A DNA stretch of 64,000 nt. Origin: an uncultured Actinomycetes bacterium (GTDB lineage Bacteria > Actinomycetota > Thermoleophilia > Gaiellales > Gaiellaceae). The notes under the pieces are model-generated. The model was given only the letters and a program-made list of their open reading frames with translations. It had not been told where the DNA came from and did not search any database. Within the stretch, counting starts at the first letter, position 1; each line of letters begins with the position of its first letter. Both the position numbers and the translations under genes were made by a program. Positions 54,787-64,000 of this stretch are shown here, piece after piece. The stretch is taken from NCBI GenBank assembly GCA_963738205.1, contig CAVTVQ010000008.1:24784-88783 (forward strand), given 5' to 3'.

Positions 54787-55411
54787 ATGCTGACCGGACG
54801 ACAGCGCGAGATCTTCGACTACCTGTCCGAGTACGTGCGCGAGCACGGCTACCCGCCGACCGTGCGCGAGATCGGCGAGGCGGTCGGCCTCGCGTCGCCC
54901 TCGACGGTGCACGCGCACCTTGCGAACCTCGAGCGCGCCGGTCTGCTCAAGCGCGACCCGACCAAGCCGCGTGCCCTCGAGGTGGTCGGCCGCGACCGGG
55001 GCCCGGCCCAGGAGTCGAAGCTGCTCTGCACTGCCGCTCGTCGGCGAGATCGCTGCGGGCGGGCCGCTGCTCGCCGAGGAGGACGTCGAGGACTACCTCG
55101 AGGTGCCGGAGCTTCTCGCGGCCGGCGGCGCCGACTTCCTGCTGCGGGTCAAGGGCGAGTCGATGATCCGTGCGGGCATCCTCGACGGCGACTACGTCGT
55201 CGTGCGCAAGCAACAGGACGCCCGGGACGGCGACGTCGTCGTCGCGCTTGCCGGCGAGGACGAGACGGCCGATGAGGCGACGGTCAAGCGCTTCTTCCGC
55301 GAGAACGGCCGCATTCGCCTGCAGCCCGAGAACGACGAGCTCGAGCCGATCTACGCGCCGCACGTCCAGATCATCGGCAAGGTGATCGGAGTGTTCAGAC
55401 AGGTCTCGTGA
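54787..55411 (+). pseudogene. lexA: LexA repressor, one frame break
   Basis: The N-terminal wHTH is [54 protein letters not shown]. The C-terminal S24 peptidase ([12 protein letters not shown]...[22 protein letters not shown]) is in the 54920..55411 frame. The break is at about 55020-55035. Confidence 0.85.
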
Positions 55412-55587
55412 TGAACGTGCAGCCTCTAGCCCGCACCCTCGACCAGGAGCTCGCCGCGCTCGCCCGCGGCGCCAGCCTCGAGTGCCTCGTGTGCGGCGAG
55501 TTCGTCCTCCATCGCGGCGGCGAGATCGAGTGCCCCGAATGCGAGGCGCGCCTCGTCGGCGCGGCCCAAGCCGGGCTACAATTGCGC

Positions 55588-55602
<15 letters not shown>
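55408..55602 (+). CDS. small zinc-ribbon protein (hypothetical, 64 aa)
   Basis: Two CxxC pairs are present (LECLVCGEF...IECPECEARL) and GC3 is good. The start overlaps the lexA stop (GTGATG). The last 13-15 nt overlap the predicted 5' end of rnpB. Confidence 0.5.
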
Positions 55603-55934
<332 letters not shown>

Positions 55935-55940
55935 GGAAAG

Positions 55941-55960
55941 CCCCGCAGATGCGGGGTTTT
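55941..55960 (+). terminator. Rho-independent terminator after rnpB
   Basis: CCCCGC-AGAT-GCGGGG followed by TTTT. Confidence 0.6.
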
Positions 55961-56166
55961 CCCATCTTTGGGAGTGCCGTCGACTCTAGGGCCGCGACTC
56001 AGCTCCGAGGCGCTTCGAACCACCGGATGGATTGACGTACCCGACCTGAAGCGTGTCGGTGGTGGCCCGCAACGAATCGGGCGAACAGCGGAGGCGCCCG
56101 CACCGCGGTCGGGGAATGCTTGGGGCGGAACGAATCGAGTCCGGTTCTCGAAGGGAGCTACCAGCG

Positions 56167-56823
56167 ATGATCAGCAGCGACACCACCCTCCAGAGCAGCG
56201 ATGAGACACGGACGCTGTTCGCGCAGACGATGGGTCTTGTCGCCGCTACAGCCGGCCTGTTCGCGCTGGGCGCCTACCTCGGCCGCGATCTCTCGTACGG
56301 GTGGGGCTGGGTGTGGTTCATCGCGGCATTCATCTGCCTGATCGGGCTCAACTTCGCGGCGCGGCAGTCCGAGCAGCTTGCACTCGGGACGCTGTTCGCT
56401 TTCGGCGTGCTGATGGGATTGGCGATGGCGCCGACGATCGCCTACTACGCGGACGCCAACCCTCGGATCCTGTGGCAGGCCGGCGGCGCGACTGCGCTCT
56501 TCATCGCCGGCTTCGGCGCGGCCGGTTATGCGACGCGACGCGATCTCTCGGCCTACGCGCGATTCCTCTTCTGGGCGCTGATCGGCCTGATCGCGTACGG
56601 GATCGTCCTGATCTTCGCCCAGATCCCGAACGGTGAGGTCGTGTACGCGATCCTCGGCCTCGTGATCTTCGCCGGCTTGACCATGGTCGACTTCCAGCGC
56701 GTGCGAACGACGAACGATGTCACCTCCGCACCCCAGCTCGCAGCGTCGATCTTCCTCGACATCCTCAACGTCTTCACGCTGTTCCTCTCCCTCTTCGGCG
56801 GCAGCAGCCGCTCGCAAGGGTGA
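56167..56823 (+). CDS. BAX inhibitor-1/YccA family membrane protein
   Basis: 218 aa from the ATG at 56167, 9 nt after GAAGGGAG. It has seven hydrophobic spans and a typical N-terminal region (TRTLFAQTMGLVAATAGLFALGAY). The upstream 38 codons are rejected. Confidence 0.85.
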   Translation: MISSDTTLQSSDETRTLFAQTMGLVAATAGLFALGAYLGRDLSYGWGWVWFIAAFICLIGLNFAARQSEQLALGTLFAFGVLMGLAMAPTIAYYADANPRILWQAGGATALFIAGFGAAGYATRRDLSAYARFLFWALIGLIAYGIVLIFAQIPNGEVVYAILGLVIFAGLTMVDFQRVRTTNDVTSAPQLAASIFLDILNVFTLFLSLFGGSSRSQG

Positions 56824-56863
56824 GAGGTGGATTGATGTCACACGAGCTCCGTTTCGCGGAGCA

Positions 56864-58618
56864 GTGACAGAAAAGCCTGAGGAGACATGGCCCGGTCGCG
56901 TTGCCGTGGCCGCCGCGCTGGTCGTGCTGTCCCTGTTGGTGTTCGCATGCAGGTCGAGCGGCCCTCGTGCGTCGGTGTCGCTCCCGGCGCCCAAGGCCGG
57001 CGAGGTCACTTTCTACCTGTCGCTTCCCAGCTCCACGGCCGAACTCGGCGAAGCTGCGGTCAAGGTGGCAACGCCGGGCTCACCCGACTACCGACACTTC
57101 AGCTCGCTCGACGAGGCCGCTCGCCGGTTCGGCGCCACCGACGCCCAGATCAACGCCGTCGCCAAATCGGTCAAAACCCTCGGCCTGCACTTCGCGGCCG
57201 ACCCGACCAGGTTGTTCGGTCGTGTGACCGGCTCGACGCGACAGTGGCAAGCAGCATTGGAGGCCACGCTGTCCAAGCAGGGGGCGACGGCGTCCAGTCC
57301 GTTCATCACCTACACCCTTCCCCAGCAGGTGCCCGCCGCGCTGGAACCCTCTGGTACCAGGGTGCTGCTGCCGGAGACGCAGGTCTACGACCCCACCGCA
57401 GAGGGCAGCCGTCCGCCCAGCGGCAGCCGTCCCACGCCGAGGCCGGGCGCCACAAGCGCGACGGCCACCAAGGCGTCCAAGCCGTGGCCGTTCAACACCG
57501 GCACCCCGCTCGTCGCCAATTGCTCGCCGCCGATCCTGCGGCAGCGTCGCGTCTACACCCCACAGCAGGTGCAGACCGCATACGGCATCGACACGCTGCG
57601 ATCCCACGCGTCCGGCACGCCGATCATCACGGTCCTCGACCTCGGCGGCGGCTGGCGACCAAACGACCTCGAGCTCGCCGGGCAATGCTTCGGATACTCC
57701 CCTCCCAACGTCACCCAGACACAAGGCGACGGCGTCGCCGCCGCGATCACCAACGCCGACGGCGAGACGTCGCTGGATCTGCAGACCGCGGCGGCAGTGG
57801 CGCCCGGAGCACAGCTGCGGCTCGTGCAGGCCACCCCCGCCGGCATCCTTGACGGGTTCAGTCGGGCGGTTGGCGAACCGCGCGGTCTCCCCGACGTGAT
57901 CTCGCTGTCCTACGGCGGCTGCGCGTTCGCCGAAAACCGTGGCGCCCCCGCGTACACCGCCGTAATCAACGCCGTCCTGATGATGACGGCCCTCACGGGC
58001 GTATCCTCGGTGGCCGCCGCCGGCGACTCCGGATCGACCACCTGCGGGACCCTCGTGCCCGGGACCACGTTGTCGTATCCGGCGGTGTCTCCGTTCGTCA
58101 CCGCAGTCGGTGGCACCCGACTCACCATCGGCGCGGGTAACACCCGGGTCTCCGAGACGGTGTGGAACGACTCGGCGTTCGGTGCGAACGCAGCCGGCGG
58201 CGGAGGCCTGACCCGTCTGCAACATCGACCGGCGTACCAGAACGACACGAACGCGCAGCCGCACCGCGGGGTCCCCGACGTCAGCGCGCTGGCCGACACC
58301 GTGCCCGGCTGGCCCGTTGTCATCAACGCCTCGCTGCAGACCGTCGGCGGCACCAGCGGCTCGACGCCGCTTGTCGCCGCGGCCACAGCGCTGGTCTCCG
58401 CGTCGGAACGCAACGCCGGTCGTCCACCCGTCGGGCTGGCGAACGGCTGGTTCTACAGAGCCGCGTCGCAGCCGTCAGCCTTCTTCGACGTCACGCAGGG
58501 CGACAACGACCTCGCCGGAGTCGGATGCTGCCAGGCCGGCGCCGGGTACGACCTCGCAAGCGGCCTCGGCGCGCCGAACTGGGCCACCCTGCCCGCCACA
58601 CTCCCAGAGCCGGGCTGA
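56864..58618 (+). CDS. S53 (sedolisin/kumamolisin-like) serine peptidase with pro-domain
   Basis: An N-terminal anchor (VAVAAALVVLSLLVFAC) is followed by a pro-kumamolisin-like activation domain (SPDYRHFSSLDEAARRFGA). The catalytic segments are GETSLDLQ, ISLSYGG and the Ser motif GGTSGSTP. GTG 56864 is the only in-frame start after the BI-1 stop, and its SD spacing is poor. Confidence 0.8.
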   Translation: MTEKPEETWPGRVAVAAALVVLSLLVFACRSSGPRASVSLPAPKAGEVTFYLSLPSSTAELGEAAVKVATPGSPDYRHFSSLDEAARRFGATDAQINAVAKSVKTLGLHFAADPTRLFGRVTGSTRQWQAALEATLSKQGATASSPFITYTLPQQVPAALEPSGTRVLLPETQVYDPTAEGSRPPSGSRPTPRPGATSATATKASKPWPFNTGTPLVANCSPPILRQRRVYTPQQVQTAYGIDTLRSHASGTPIITVLDLGGGWRPNDLELAGQCFGYSPPNVTQTQGDGVAAAITNADGETSLDLQTAAAVAPGAQLRLVQATPAGILDGFSRAVGEPRGLPDVISLSYGGCAFAENRGAPAYTAVINAVLMMTALTGVSSVAAAGDSGSTTCGTLVPGTTLSYPAVSPFVTAVGGTRLTIGAGNTRVSETVWNDSAFGANAAGGGGLTRLQHRPAYQNDTNAQPHRGVPDVSALADTVPGWPVVINASLQTVGGTSGSTPLVAAATALVSASERNAGRPPVGLANGWFYRAASQPSAFFDVTQGDNDLAGVGCCQAGAGYDLASGLGAPNWATLPATLPEPG

Positions 58619-58697
58619 CGCCGTGTAGCCCCTGCCGGGCGCCGACCGGGCCGAAAAGTAGGATCGCGCCGCCAACGGGGTCGGGAAAGGGGTTCAG

Positions 58698-59237
58698 ATG
58701 AGAGGCATTCGTCGCGTCAGGCTCAGTCCAGCGCTGGTCGTCGCGTGCGCCGCGCTGCTTGTCGCCCTCAGCGACACTGGCTGGGCCACCGTCTCTGCAC
58801 TTGTTCCACGCGCCAGCGTGGGCACCGCTCAGCTGCGGACCAACGCCGTCACGTCCACGAAGATCAGGAACGGCCAGGTGAAGCTCGTCGACCTGGCACG
58901 CAACGCAAGGCGCCCGGGTCCGAGAGGCCCGGCAGGTCCCGCGGGCGGCGTCACGAGGCTCTGGGCCGTGGTCAACGCGAGCGGCAGCATCGCCCGCTCG
59001 GCGGGGACGACCTCCGCGGGGAGGCTCGCCGCCGGCACCTACGAGGTGATCTTCGGCCAGGCCGTCGCTCCCTGCACGTACGTCGGCTCGGTGGGCGATG
59101 CGGCAGCCGGTACCGGGACCAACGGTGCATTGACTGTGGCGCAGCGCGCCGGGAACGCGAACGCCGTGCGCGTCGAGACGCGCACGCTCGGCGGCGCGCT
59201 CGCCGACCGCCCGTTCCACCTCGTCGTCGTCTGCTGA
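58698..59237 (+). CDS. secreted/anchored short collagen-like protein, paralog 3
   Basis: The signal anchor is LSPALVVACAALLVALS, followed by QLRTNAVTSTKIRNGQVKLVDLA and 3 GXY triplets (GPRGPAGPAGG). The C-terminal domain reads VTRLWAVVNASGSIARSAG...PFHLVVVC. Confidence 0.7.
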   Translation: MRGIRRVRLSPALVVACAALLVALSDTGWATVSALVPRASVGTAQLRTNAVTSTKIRNGQVKLVDLARNARRPGPRGPAGPAGGVTRLWAVVNASGSIARSAGTTSAGRLAAGTYEVIFGQAVAPCTYVGSVGDAAAGTGTNGALTVAQRAGNANAVRVETRTLGGALADRPFHLVVVC

Positions 59238-59283
59238 TCGGTCGGAGCGCGGAGCCTTCGGCGTCGAGGGCTCCGCTGCCACC

Positions 59284-59781
59284 GTGAGCGCGCTGCGCTG
59301 GGTCGCGCGGATCGTCGCCACGATCGCACTGTTGATCGTGGGCCCGGCCGTGTTCGTGCTCGTGCCCTCGGGGATCGTTCCCCTCCTGGTCGCCGCCGCT
59401 GCGGTCGCGGCCGGGGCCCTCACGTTGTGGCCGCAGCTGGAGCGAACGCAGGCGCTCGTGATCGTCGCCGGCGCGACCGTGCTCGCGGGGCTCGCCGGCC
59501 TCGTCGGCTTCACGGTGGCCTACAACCTGGTCACGAGCCATGACCTGTGCGGCGAGGACGGGAACAGCTTCGGCGACGCGCTCACGTTCCCGGCCGCCCT
59601 GAGCTACCTCGCCGCGGGCGCGGCCGCCTTCACCTCACCGCGCAGGGTGCTCTGGGCGTGGCCGCTCGCCGTCCTGCTCGGGTTCGCCGTGCTCGTCGGC
59701 TGGGCGGCCCTGTTCCTCGGCGGCGGCAGCTGCGAGACCCTGAACGAACCGACCGGCTCGTTCCTCCGAATAGCCAGGTGA
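59284..59781 (+). CDS. hypothetical membrane protein (5 TM)
   Basis: 165 aa with a GTG start and five hydrophobic spans. I recognise no family. Confidence 0.6.
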   Translation: MSALRWVARIVATIALLIVGPAVFVLVPSGIVPLLVAAAAVAAGALTLWPQLERTQALVIVAGATVLAGLAGLVGFTVAYNLVTSHDLCGEDGNSFGDALTFPAALSYLAAGAAAFTSPRRVLWAWPLAVLLGFAVLVGWAALFLGGGSCETLNEPTGSFLRIAR

Positions 59782-59804
59782 ACCTGGAGAAGGAGGAACG
59801 TCGA

Positions 59805-60224
59805 ATGCGTCTACGCGTCATCCTGTTCGCACTCGCTCTCGCCGTCGCCGTAATTCCCACGCTGGCGCTCGGTGCCGCCGAGAAGGGCTCGCTCCACGCC
59901 ACCATGAGCGGCAAGGTGGAGGTGCCGAAGGGCGACCCGGACGGCACCGGCACGGCCGAGATCAAGATCACCGGCAAGAAGGTCTGCTGGGAGCTGAAGA
60001 CGGCCAAGATCGCCAAGCCGAACGCCGCCCACATCCACAAGGGCAAGGCAGGCAAGGCAGGGCCCGTGGTCGTGCCGTTCGGCGCGACGTACAAGGCCAA
60101 GGGCTGCACCACGACGAGCATGGCCAACGCCAACGCCATCTCGGCCACTCCCGGCAGCTTCTACGTGAACATCCACAACGCGAAGTACCCGGGCGGCGCC
60201 GTGCGCGGCCAGCTGCGGAAGTAG
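59805..60224 (+). CDS. CHRD domain-containing secreted protein
   Basis: The ATG follows GGAGAAGGAGGAA. The signal peptide is MRLRVILFALALAVAVIPTLALGAA. CHRD hallmarks are present: AHIHKGKAGKAGPVVV and FYVNIHNAKYPGGAVRGQL. Confidence 0.85.
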   Translation: MRLRVILFALALAVAVIPTLALGAAEKGSLHATMSGKVEVPKGDPDGTGTAEIKITGKKVCWELKTAKIAKPNAAHIHKGKAGKAGPVVVPFGATYKAKGCTTTSMANANAISATPGSFYVNIHNAKYPGGAVRGQLRK

Positions 60225-60248
60225 CTTCTCGCTCAGACGGCAAGTGAA

Positions 60249-60268
60249 GGCCCTGCTGCAGCGGGGCC
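60249..60268. terminator. imperfect hairpin between convergent genes
   Basis: GGCCCTGC-TGCA-GCGGGGCC followed by TTTGG. It lies between the CHRD stop (60224) and the ABC-2 permease stop (60288). Confidence 0.35.
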
Positions 60269-60287
60269 TTTGGACCGCCACGACGGC

Positions 60288-61127
60288 CTACGCGTCGCGC
60301 CTCCCGATCAACCAGAAGGCTCCGAGCAGGGCCACGGCTGCGTAGGCGGCGACGACGGCGAGCCCGGCCCAGGGTCCGAGGGGGAGTGCGTCGGGAGTCT
60401 CGATCGTCTGCTGGATCGAGAGGCCCGCCGCCATCAGCGCCGTCTTCTCCACCAGCCGTGCGATGCCGTCCGGCAGGAAGCTGATCGCGATCACCGGCGC
60501 GAGCAGGAGCGCGAGCACCGATGTGATCGCTCCCGCCGTGTGTCGCAGGACGGCGCCCACTCCCAAGGAGAACACGGCCAGGAGTCCCAGGTAGACCGCG
60601 CTCCCCGCCACCGCGCGCAGCGTCGCGCCGTCGGCGAGGGATGCGGCTGGGTAGCCGTGCTCGTAGGTGAAGCCGTTGCCGCGGAGGAGCTCCTGGCCGA
60701 CGAGGAAGCACGTCACGCTGGTGCCGAGGCCGACGACGGCCACCGTGGCGCCGACCACCGCGGTCTTCGCCGCCAGCACGGTTCGCCGGCGCGGGACGGC
60801 TGCAAGAGTCGCGCGGATCATCCGGGTGCCGTATTCCGAGGTGATCGCGAGCACGCCGAGCACGGCCGCGGCGACCTGTCCGAACCAGATGCCCGAGAGA
60901 CTCTGCAGGACGATGTCGGTGTCTCCGGCGCTTCCAGGGCTCCCGCCGGTCGTCTCCGACTCCCAGCAGGCGAGCACGCTGAACAGGACCGAGACACCGA
61001 CGAGCGCGAGTAGCGCCCAGGTGGTGCTGCGGACGGTCCGCAGCTTGACCCACTCGGCCCGGAGCGCCGCGGGCGCACGCGCGTGTGCCGGCCGGTTCGC
61101 GACGAGCACCATGCCGGCTTCGCTCAC
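60288..61127 (-). CDS. ABC-2 type transporter permease
   Basis: 279 aa: AEWVKLRTVRSTTWALLALVGVSVLF..., six TM spans, and a 4-nt overlap with the upstream ATPase gene. Confidence 0.85.
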   Translation of the reverse strand: MSEAGMVLVANRPAHARAPAALRAEWVKLRTVRSTTWALLALVGVSVLFSVLACWESETTGGSPGSAGDTDIVLQSLSGIWFGQVAAAVLGVLAITSEYGTRMIRATLAAVPRRRTVLAAKTAVVGATVAVVGLGTSVTCFLVGQELLRGNGFTYEHGYPAASLADGATLRAVAGSAVYLGLLAVFSLGVGAVLRHTAGAITSVLALLLAPVIAISFLPDGIARLVEKTALMAAGLSIQQTIETPDALPLGPWAGLAVVAAYAAVALLGAFWLIGRRDA

Positions 61128-62056
61128 GTGCGCGACTCCGTGCCGGTGCCGGCCGAGTACTCGACCGCACCTTGCGTGAGCTCGATGAACGCCTCTTCGA
61201 GCGAGGCTCGCTGCGGAGCCAACTCGTACAGCCGCAGCCCTCGCTCGGCCGTCAGGTCGGCGATGCGTGCGGTGTCGAGGCCGGTGACCGTCAAGGTGTC
61301 GGCGCCAGTGGAGGTGACCGTTGCCCCCGCGCCCGCCAGCAGCGTCATCACGTCAGCCGCCTGCGGCGTCCGTAGGTGCACGCGGCCGTCCGACATCGCC
61401 GCGAGCAGCTCGCGCACGCTCCCCTCGGCGATCAGTCGGCCACGCCCGATGACGACGAGGTCGTCCGCGCTGTCCTCGAGCTCGCTCATCAGATGACTCG
61501 AGACGAACACCGCCCGGCCCTCCCCGGCGAGCGAGCGCAAGAAGCCGCGGATCCAGCGGATGCCCTCGGGGTCGAGGCCGTTGACCGGCTCGTCGAACAT
61601 CAGCACCGGTGGGTCACCGAGCAGAGCCGCCGCGATGCCGAGCCGCTGCGCCATGCCGAGCGAGAACCCGCCCGTACGTCGATGGGCGACCTCGGACAGG
61701 CCGACGAGCTCGAGAACCTCGTCGACTCGCCGTCGCGGCAGACGATTGCTGGTGGCAAGCCAGAGGAGGTGGTCGCGTGCGCGCCGTCCCGGATGCGTTG
61801 CGCCTGCGTCCAGAAGCGCTCCGACCTCACGCAGGGGCGTTCTGAGCTCGCCGTAGCGCTTGCCGTTGACTCGCACCTCGCCCGCGTCGGGTCTGTCGAG
61901 GCCGAGGATCATGCGCATCGTCGTCGACTTGCCGGCTCCGTTCGGCCCGACGAAGGCGGTGACCCGGCCCGCGTCCGCCCGGAACGAGAGGCCGTCGACC
62001 GCGACGGTGCTCCCGTACGCCTTCGCAAGTCCCTGCGCCTCGATAGCTGCTCCCAT
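61124..62056 (-). CDS. ABC transporter ATP-binding protein (ABC-2 exporter partner)
   Basis: Walker A GPNGAGKSTT, signature FSLGMAQRLGIAAALL and Walker B VLMFDEPVNGLD are present. Start ATG 62056 (MGAAIEAQGL) is preferred; ATG 62092 is possible. Confidence 0.85.
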   Translation of the reverse strand: MGAAIEAQGLAKAYGSTVAVDGLSFRADAGRVTAFVGPNGAGKSTTMRMILGLDRPDAGEVRVNGKRYGELRTPLREVGALLDAGATHPGRRARDHLLWLATSNRLPRRRVDEVLELVGLSEVAHRRTGGFSLGMAQRLGIAAALLGDPPVLMFDEPVNGLDPEGIRWIRGFLRSLAGEGRAVFVSSHLMSELEDSADDLVVIGRGRLIAEGSVRELLAAMSDGRVHLRTPQAADVMTLLAGAGATVTSTGADTLTVTGLDTARIADLTAERGLRLYELAPQRASLEEAFIELTQGAVEYSAGTGTESRT

Positions 62057-62223
62057 GCCACGCACCGTACGAGCCGGACCGCGCGCCGTCATCGCGCCGG
62101 GGAGCCGTCTTTGCCCACACCCGCGACGGTGACCGCACGAGCCGGCGTCCCTCTCCAGGGGGACGCGGGATCTCCCGATCGCGGCCGACGCGCACCGGTG
62201 CGATCGAGGCGACAATTGCCGGC

Positions 62224-63408
62224 ATGAACACGGTGTCCCGCGACCCGATCGATGACGTAGCCGATCTGCTCGGCCGTGCGGTGAAGGAGGCTCGGCGGAT
62301 CTTCGCCGGCCCGGACGGGCCGCTGGCCCTGGCGCTGGTGCTCGCCCTCGTCGCGATGGCGGAGGTCACGATCCGCACCACCGAGATCGAGGCGGCGATG
62401 ATCGCCAACCTGCTCGCGACGCTGCCGCTCGCGCTCGTCCGCAAGCGCCTCCCGTGGGCGGCAGGCGTGATCGTGTTCGGGGTCGTTCTGGCGGTCTCGG
62501 GCGAGGGGACGCTGACGATCGCAGCGGTGCTGGGGCTCGTCACCGTGCTCTACCTCTTCGCCTCCACCTACCGGCGCCGCTGGTCGGTACTGCTGGCCTT
62601 CCCGTTCCTCGTGAACGCGATCGCGCCCTTTTCCGGCGACTACGCGGGGTTCCCGGGCGTCCTTCTCCTGCTGCTGGTCGTCGCGGCGGAGGCGCTCGGT
62701 GACTCGCGCCGACTGCGGGGACAGGCGATCGCGGAGCGGGACGAGACCAGGCAGGCAATGGTCGACACGCTCAACGACCAGGCGGTGATGGGGGAGCGTG
62801 CCCGGATCGCCCGCGAGCTCCACGACGTCGTCGCCCATCACGTCTCGGCGATCGCCGTCCAGGCCGAAACGGCGCGCCTGACGGTCAAGGGCCTGCCTGA
62901 CGAAGGGCGCGCGCAGCTGGAGTCGATCGGGCAGACGGCGCGCGATGCACTCGCCGAGATGCGCCGCCTGCTCGGCGTGCTTCGCGAGGACGCGGACGGT
63001 CGGGCGGAGCGAGCTCCACAACCCGGGCTCGCGCGTCTGCACGAGCTGGTCGACACCGCGCGCGCGGCCGGGACCCCGGTGCAGCTGACGCTTCGCGGCG
63101 AGGTGGTCGCTCTGCCGCCGGGAGTGGATCTGTGCGCCTACCGCATCCTGCAAGAAGCGCTGACGAATGCGCGCCGGCACGCACCGGGAGCGAACGTCGA
63201 CGTGGAGCTCGACTATGGGTCCGACGCGCTGCGCCTCCGCGTTCGCGACCACGGTCCTGGGCCCGCCGAGCCCGATGCGGACGGACACGGTCTGCTCGGC
63301 ATGCGCGAGCGAGCGATCATGGTCGGCGGGACCTCGAGCGCCGGGGCTGCGGACGGTGGCGGCTTCGCCGTGGAGGCGGAGCTCCCGATCCCGGTGCCCG
63401 CGAGATGA
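62224..63408 (+). CDS. sensor histidine kinase, HisKA_3 (NarX/LiaS/DesK) type
   Basis: Four N-terminal TM spans are followed by the H-box RIARELHDVVAHHVSAI. The HATPase region reads ILQEALTNARRHA, DHGPG, GHGLLGMRERA. Confidence 0.9.
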   Translation: MNTVSRDPIDDVADLLGRAVKEARRIFAGPDGPLALALVLALVAMAEVTIRTTEIEAAMIANLLATLPLALVRKRLPWAAGVIVFGVVLAVSGEGTLTIAAVLGLVTVLYLFASTYRRRWSVLLAFPFLVNAIAPFSGDYAGFPGVLLLLLVVAAEALGDSRRLRGQAIAERDETRQAMVDTLNDQAVMGERARIARELHDVVAHHVSAIAVQAETARLTVKGLPDEGRAQLESIGQTARDALAEMRRLLGVLREDADGRAERAPQPGLARLHELVDTARAAGTPVQLTLRGEVVALPPGVDLCAYRILQEALTNARRHAPGANVDVELDYGSDALRLRVRDHGPGPAEPDADGHGLLGMRERAIMVGGTSSAGAADGGGFAVEAELPIPVPAR

Positions 63409-64000
63409 CCCTCCGGGTCGTCGTCGTCGACGACCAGGAGATCGTCCGGGCGGGCTTCGCCGCGCTGCTCGAGACGCAGGAGGACCTTGCCGTCGCCGGC
63501 ACGGCCGCCGACGGCGAGGAAGGGGTTCGTGTGTGCCGCGAGCAGCTACCGGATGTCGTGCTCATGGACATCCGCATGCCCACCCTGGACGGGATCGAGG
63601 CAACGCGGCAGCTGGCCGAGGACGGCGCCGTAGCGGCGAGGGTGATCATGCTCACGACCTTCGACCTCGACGAGTACGTATACGACGCTCTGGGCGCCGG
63701 GGCGAGCGGGTTCCTGCTCAAGGACGTCACGGCGGAGACGCTCTTCGACGCGGTGCGGGTGGTCGCCGCCGGCGACGCGCTGCTCGCTCCGGCCGTGACC
63801 CGGCGTCTGGTGAGCGAGTTCGCGCGCCTGCGCCCGATGCTGCCCCGCCGCCCCGACGAGCTCGCCGAGCTCACGCCGCGCGAGACCGAGGTTCTGCGCC
63901 TGGTCGCCGAAGGGCTGTCCAACGGCGAGATCGCCGAGCGGCTCGTGGTGAGCGAAGAGACGGTGAAGACACATGTGAGCCGGGTGCTGACCAAGCTCCG
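63405..64000 (+). CDS. NarL/LuxR-family response regulator (3' end lies outside the window)
   Basis: The ATG overlaps the kinase stop (ATGA). It reads MTLRVVVVDDQEIVRAGFAALLE..VVLMDIRMPTLDGIEAT..., with the LuxR HTH LTPRETEVLRLVAEGLSNGEIAERLVVSEETVKTHVSRVL. It is open to the window edge. Confidence 0.9.
   Translation, partial: MTLRVVVVDDQEIVRAGFAALLETQEDLAVAGTAADGEEGVRVCREQLPDVVLMDIRMPTLDGIEATRQLAEDGAVAARVIMLTTFDLDEYVYDALGAGASGFLLKDVTAETLFDAVRVVAAGDALLAPAVTRRLVSEFARLRPMLPRRPDELAELTPRETEVLRLVAEGLSNGEIAERLVVSEETVKTHVSRVLTKL

Noticed and set aside
46760-55035. Programmed ribosomal frameshifting or Sec (TGA) recoding as an explanation for the interrupted genes near the sel locus
   Set aside because: Every interruption I traced requires a +1 or -1 change of frame, not read-through of an in-frame TGA. 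No slippery heptamer or stimulatory structure is shared among the sites. The breaks are too numerous, up to five per gene.

Overview
This is a very GC-rich chromosomal segment of actinobacterial type. The GC content was judged by eye, not computed. I found no transposase, integrase, prophage or CRISPR array. Long Arg/Pro/Gly-rich shadow ORFs occur in nearly every frame, so calls rest on recognisable protein families, start-codon context and gene overlaps.

Gene content in order:
1. 0.7-20.4 kb: a polyamine/GABA catabolic supercluster. It holds two PotABCD-type ABC importers, two class-III aminotransferases, two aldehyde dehydrogenases, a Tat-signal flavin amine oxidase, a PucR regulator, a saccharopine-dehydrogenase-like protein and a FAD oxidoreductase.
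2. 20.7-26.9 kb: a translationally coupled purine array, purA-purD-purE-purB-purC-purS-purQ.
3. 27.1-30.5 kb: rpsF-ssb-rpsR-rplI-dnaB.
4. 30.6-36.7 kb: an amidase, UspA, a UbiB-type kinase and a cyclase-STAND-TPR protein.
5. 36.7-41.1 kb: a selenocysteine locus, selA-(O-methyltransferase)-selB plus tRNA-Sec. It is interleaved with an H-NOX gene and a histidine-kinase remnant.
6. 41.4-47.2 kb: a DMT transporter, a LOG protein, an M50 protease, an M29 aminopeptidase and a family of collagen-like secreted proteins.
7. 46.7-55.1 kb: moaD-moaE fusion, acyl-CoA mutase, a GT4 glycosyltransferase, pmbA, tldD and lexA. All of these are interrupted by frameshifts.
8. 54.5-64 kb: tRNA-Leu(GAG), an SOS box, RNase P RNA, a BI-1 protein, an S53 peptidase, a CHRD protein, an ABC-2 exporter and a LuxR-type two-component system.

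Main second-look items:
- A conserved TTGGCC-N5-GTCCA operator-like motif lies in front of all three polyamine operons.
- An O-methyltransferase is translationally coupled inside the sel operon.
- An H-NOX gene without a canonical start codon sits near a truncated kinase, on either side of selB-OMT-selA.
- About 19 frameshifts are concentrated in 8.4 kb. This may be a sequence-quality problem rather than biology.

All family assignments come from reading the translations. No database search was run.
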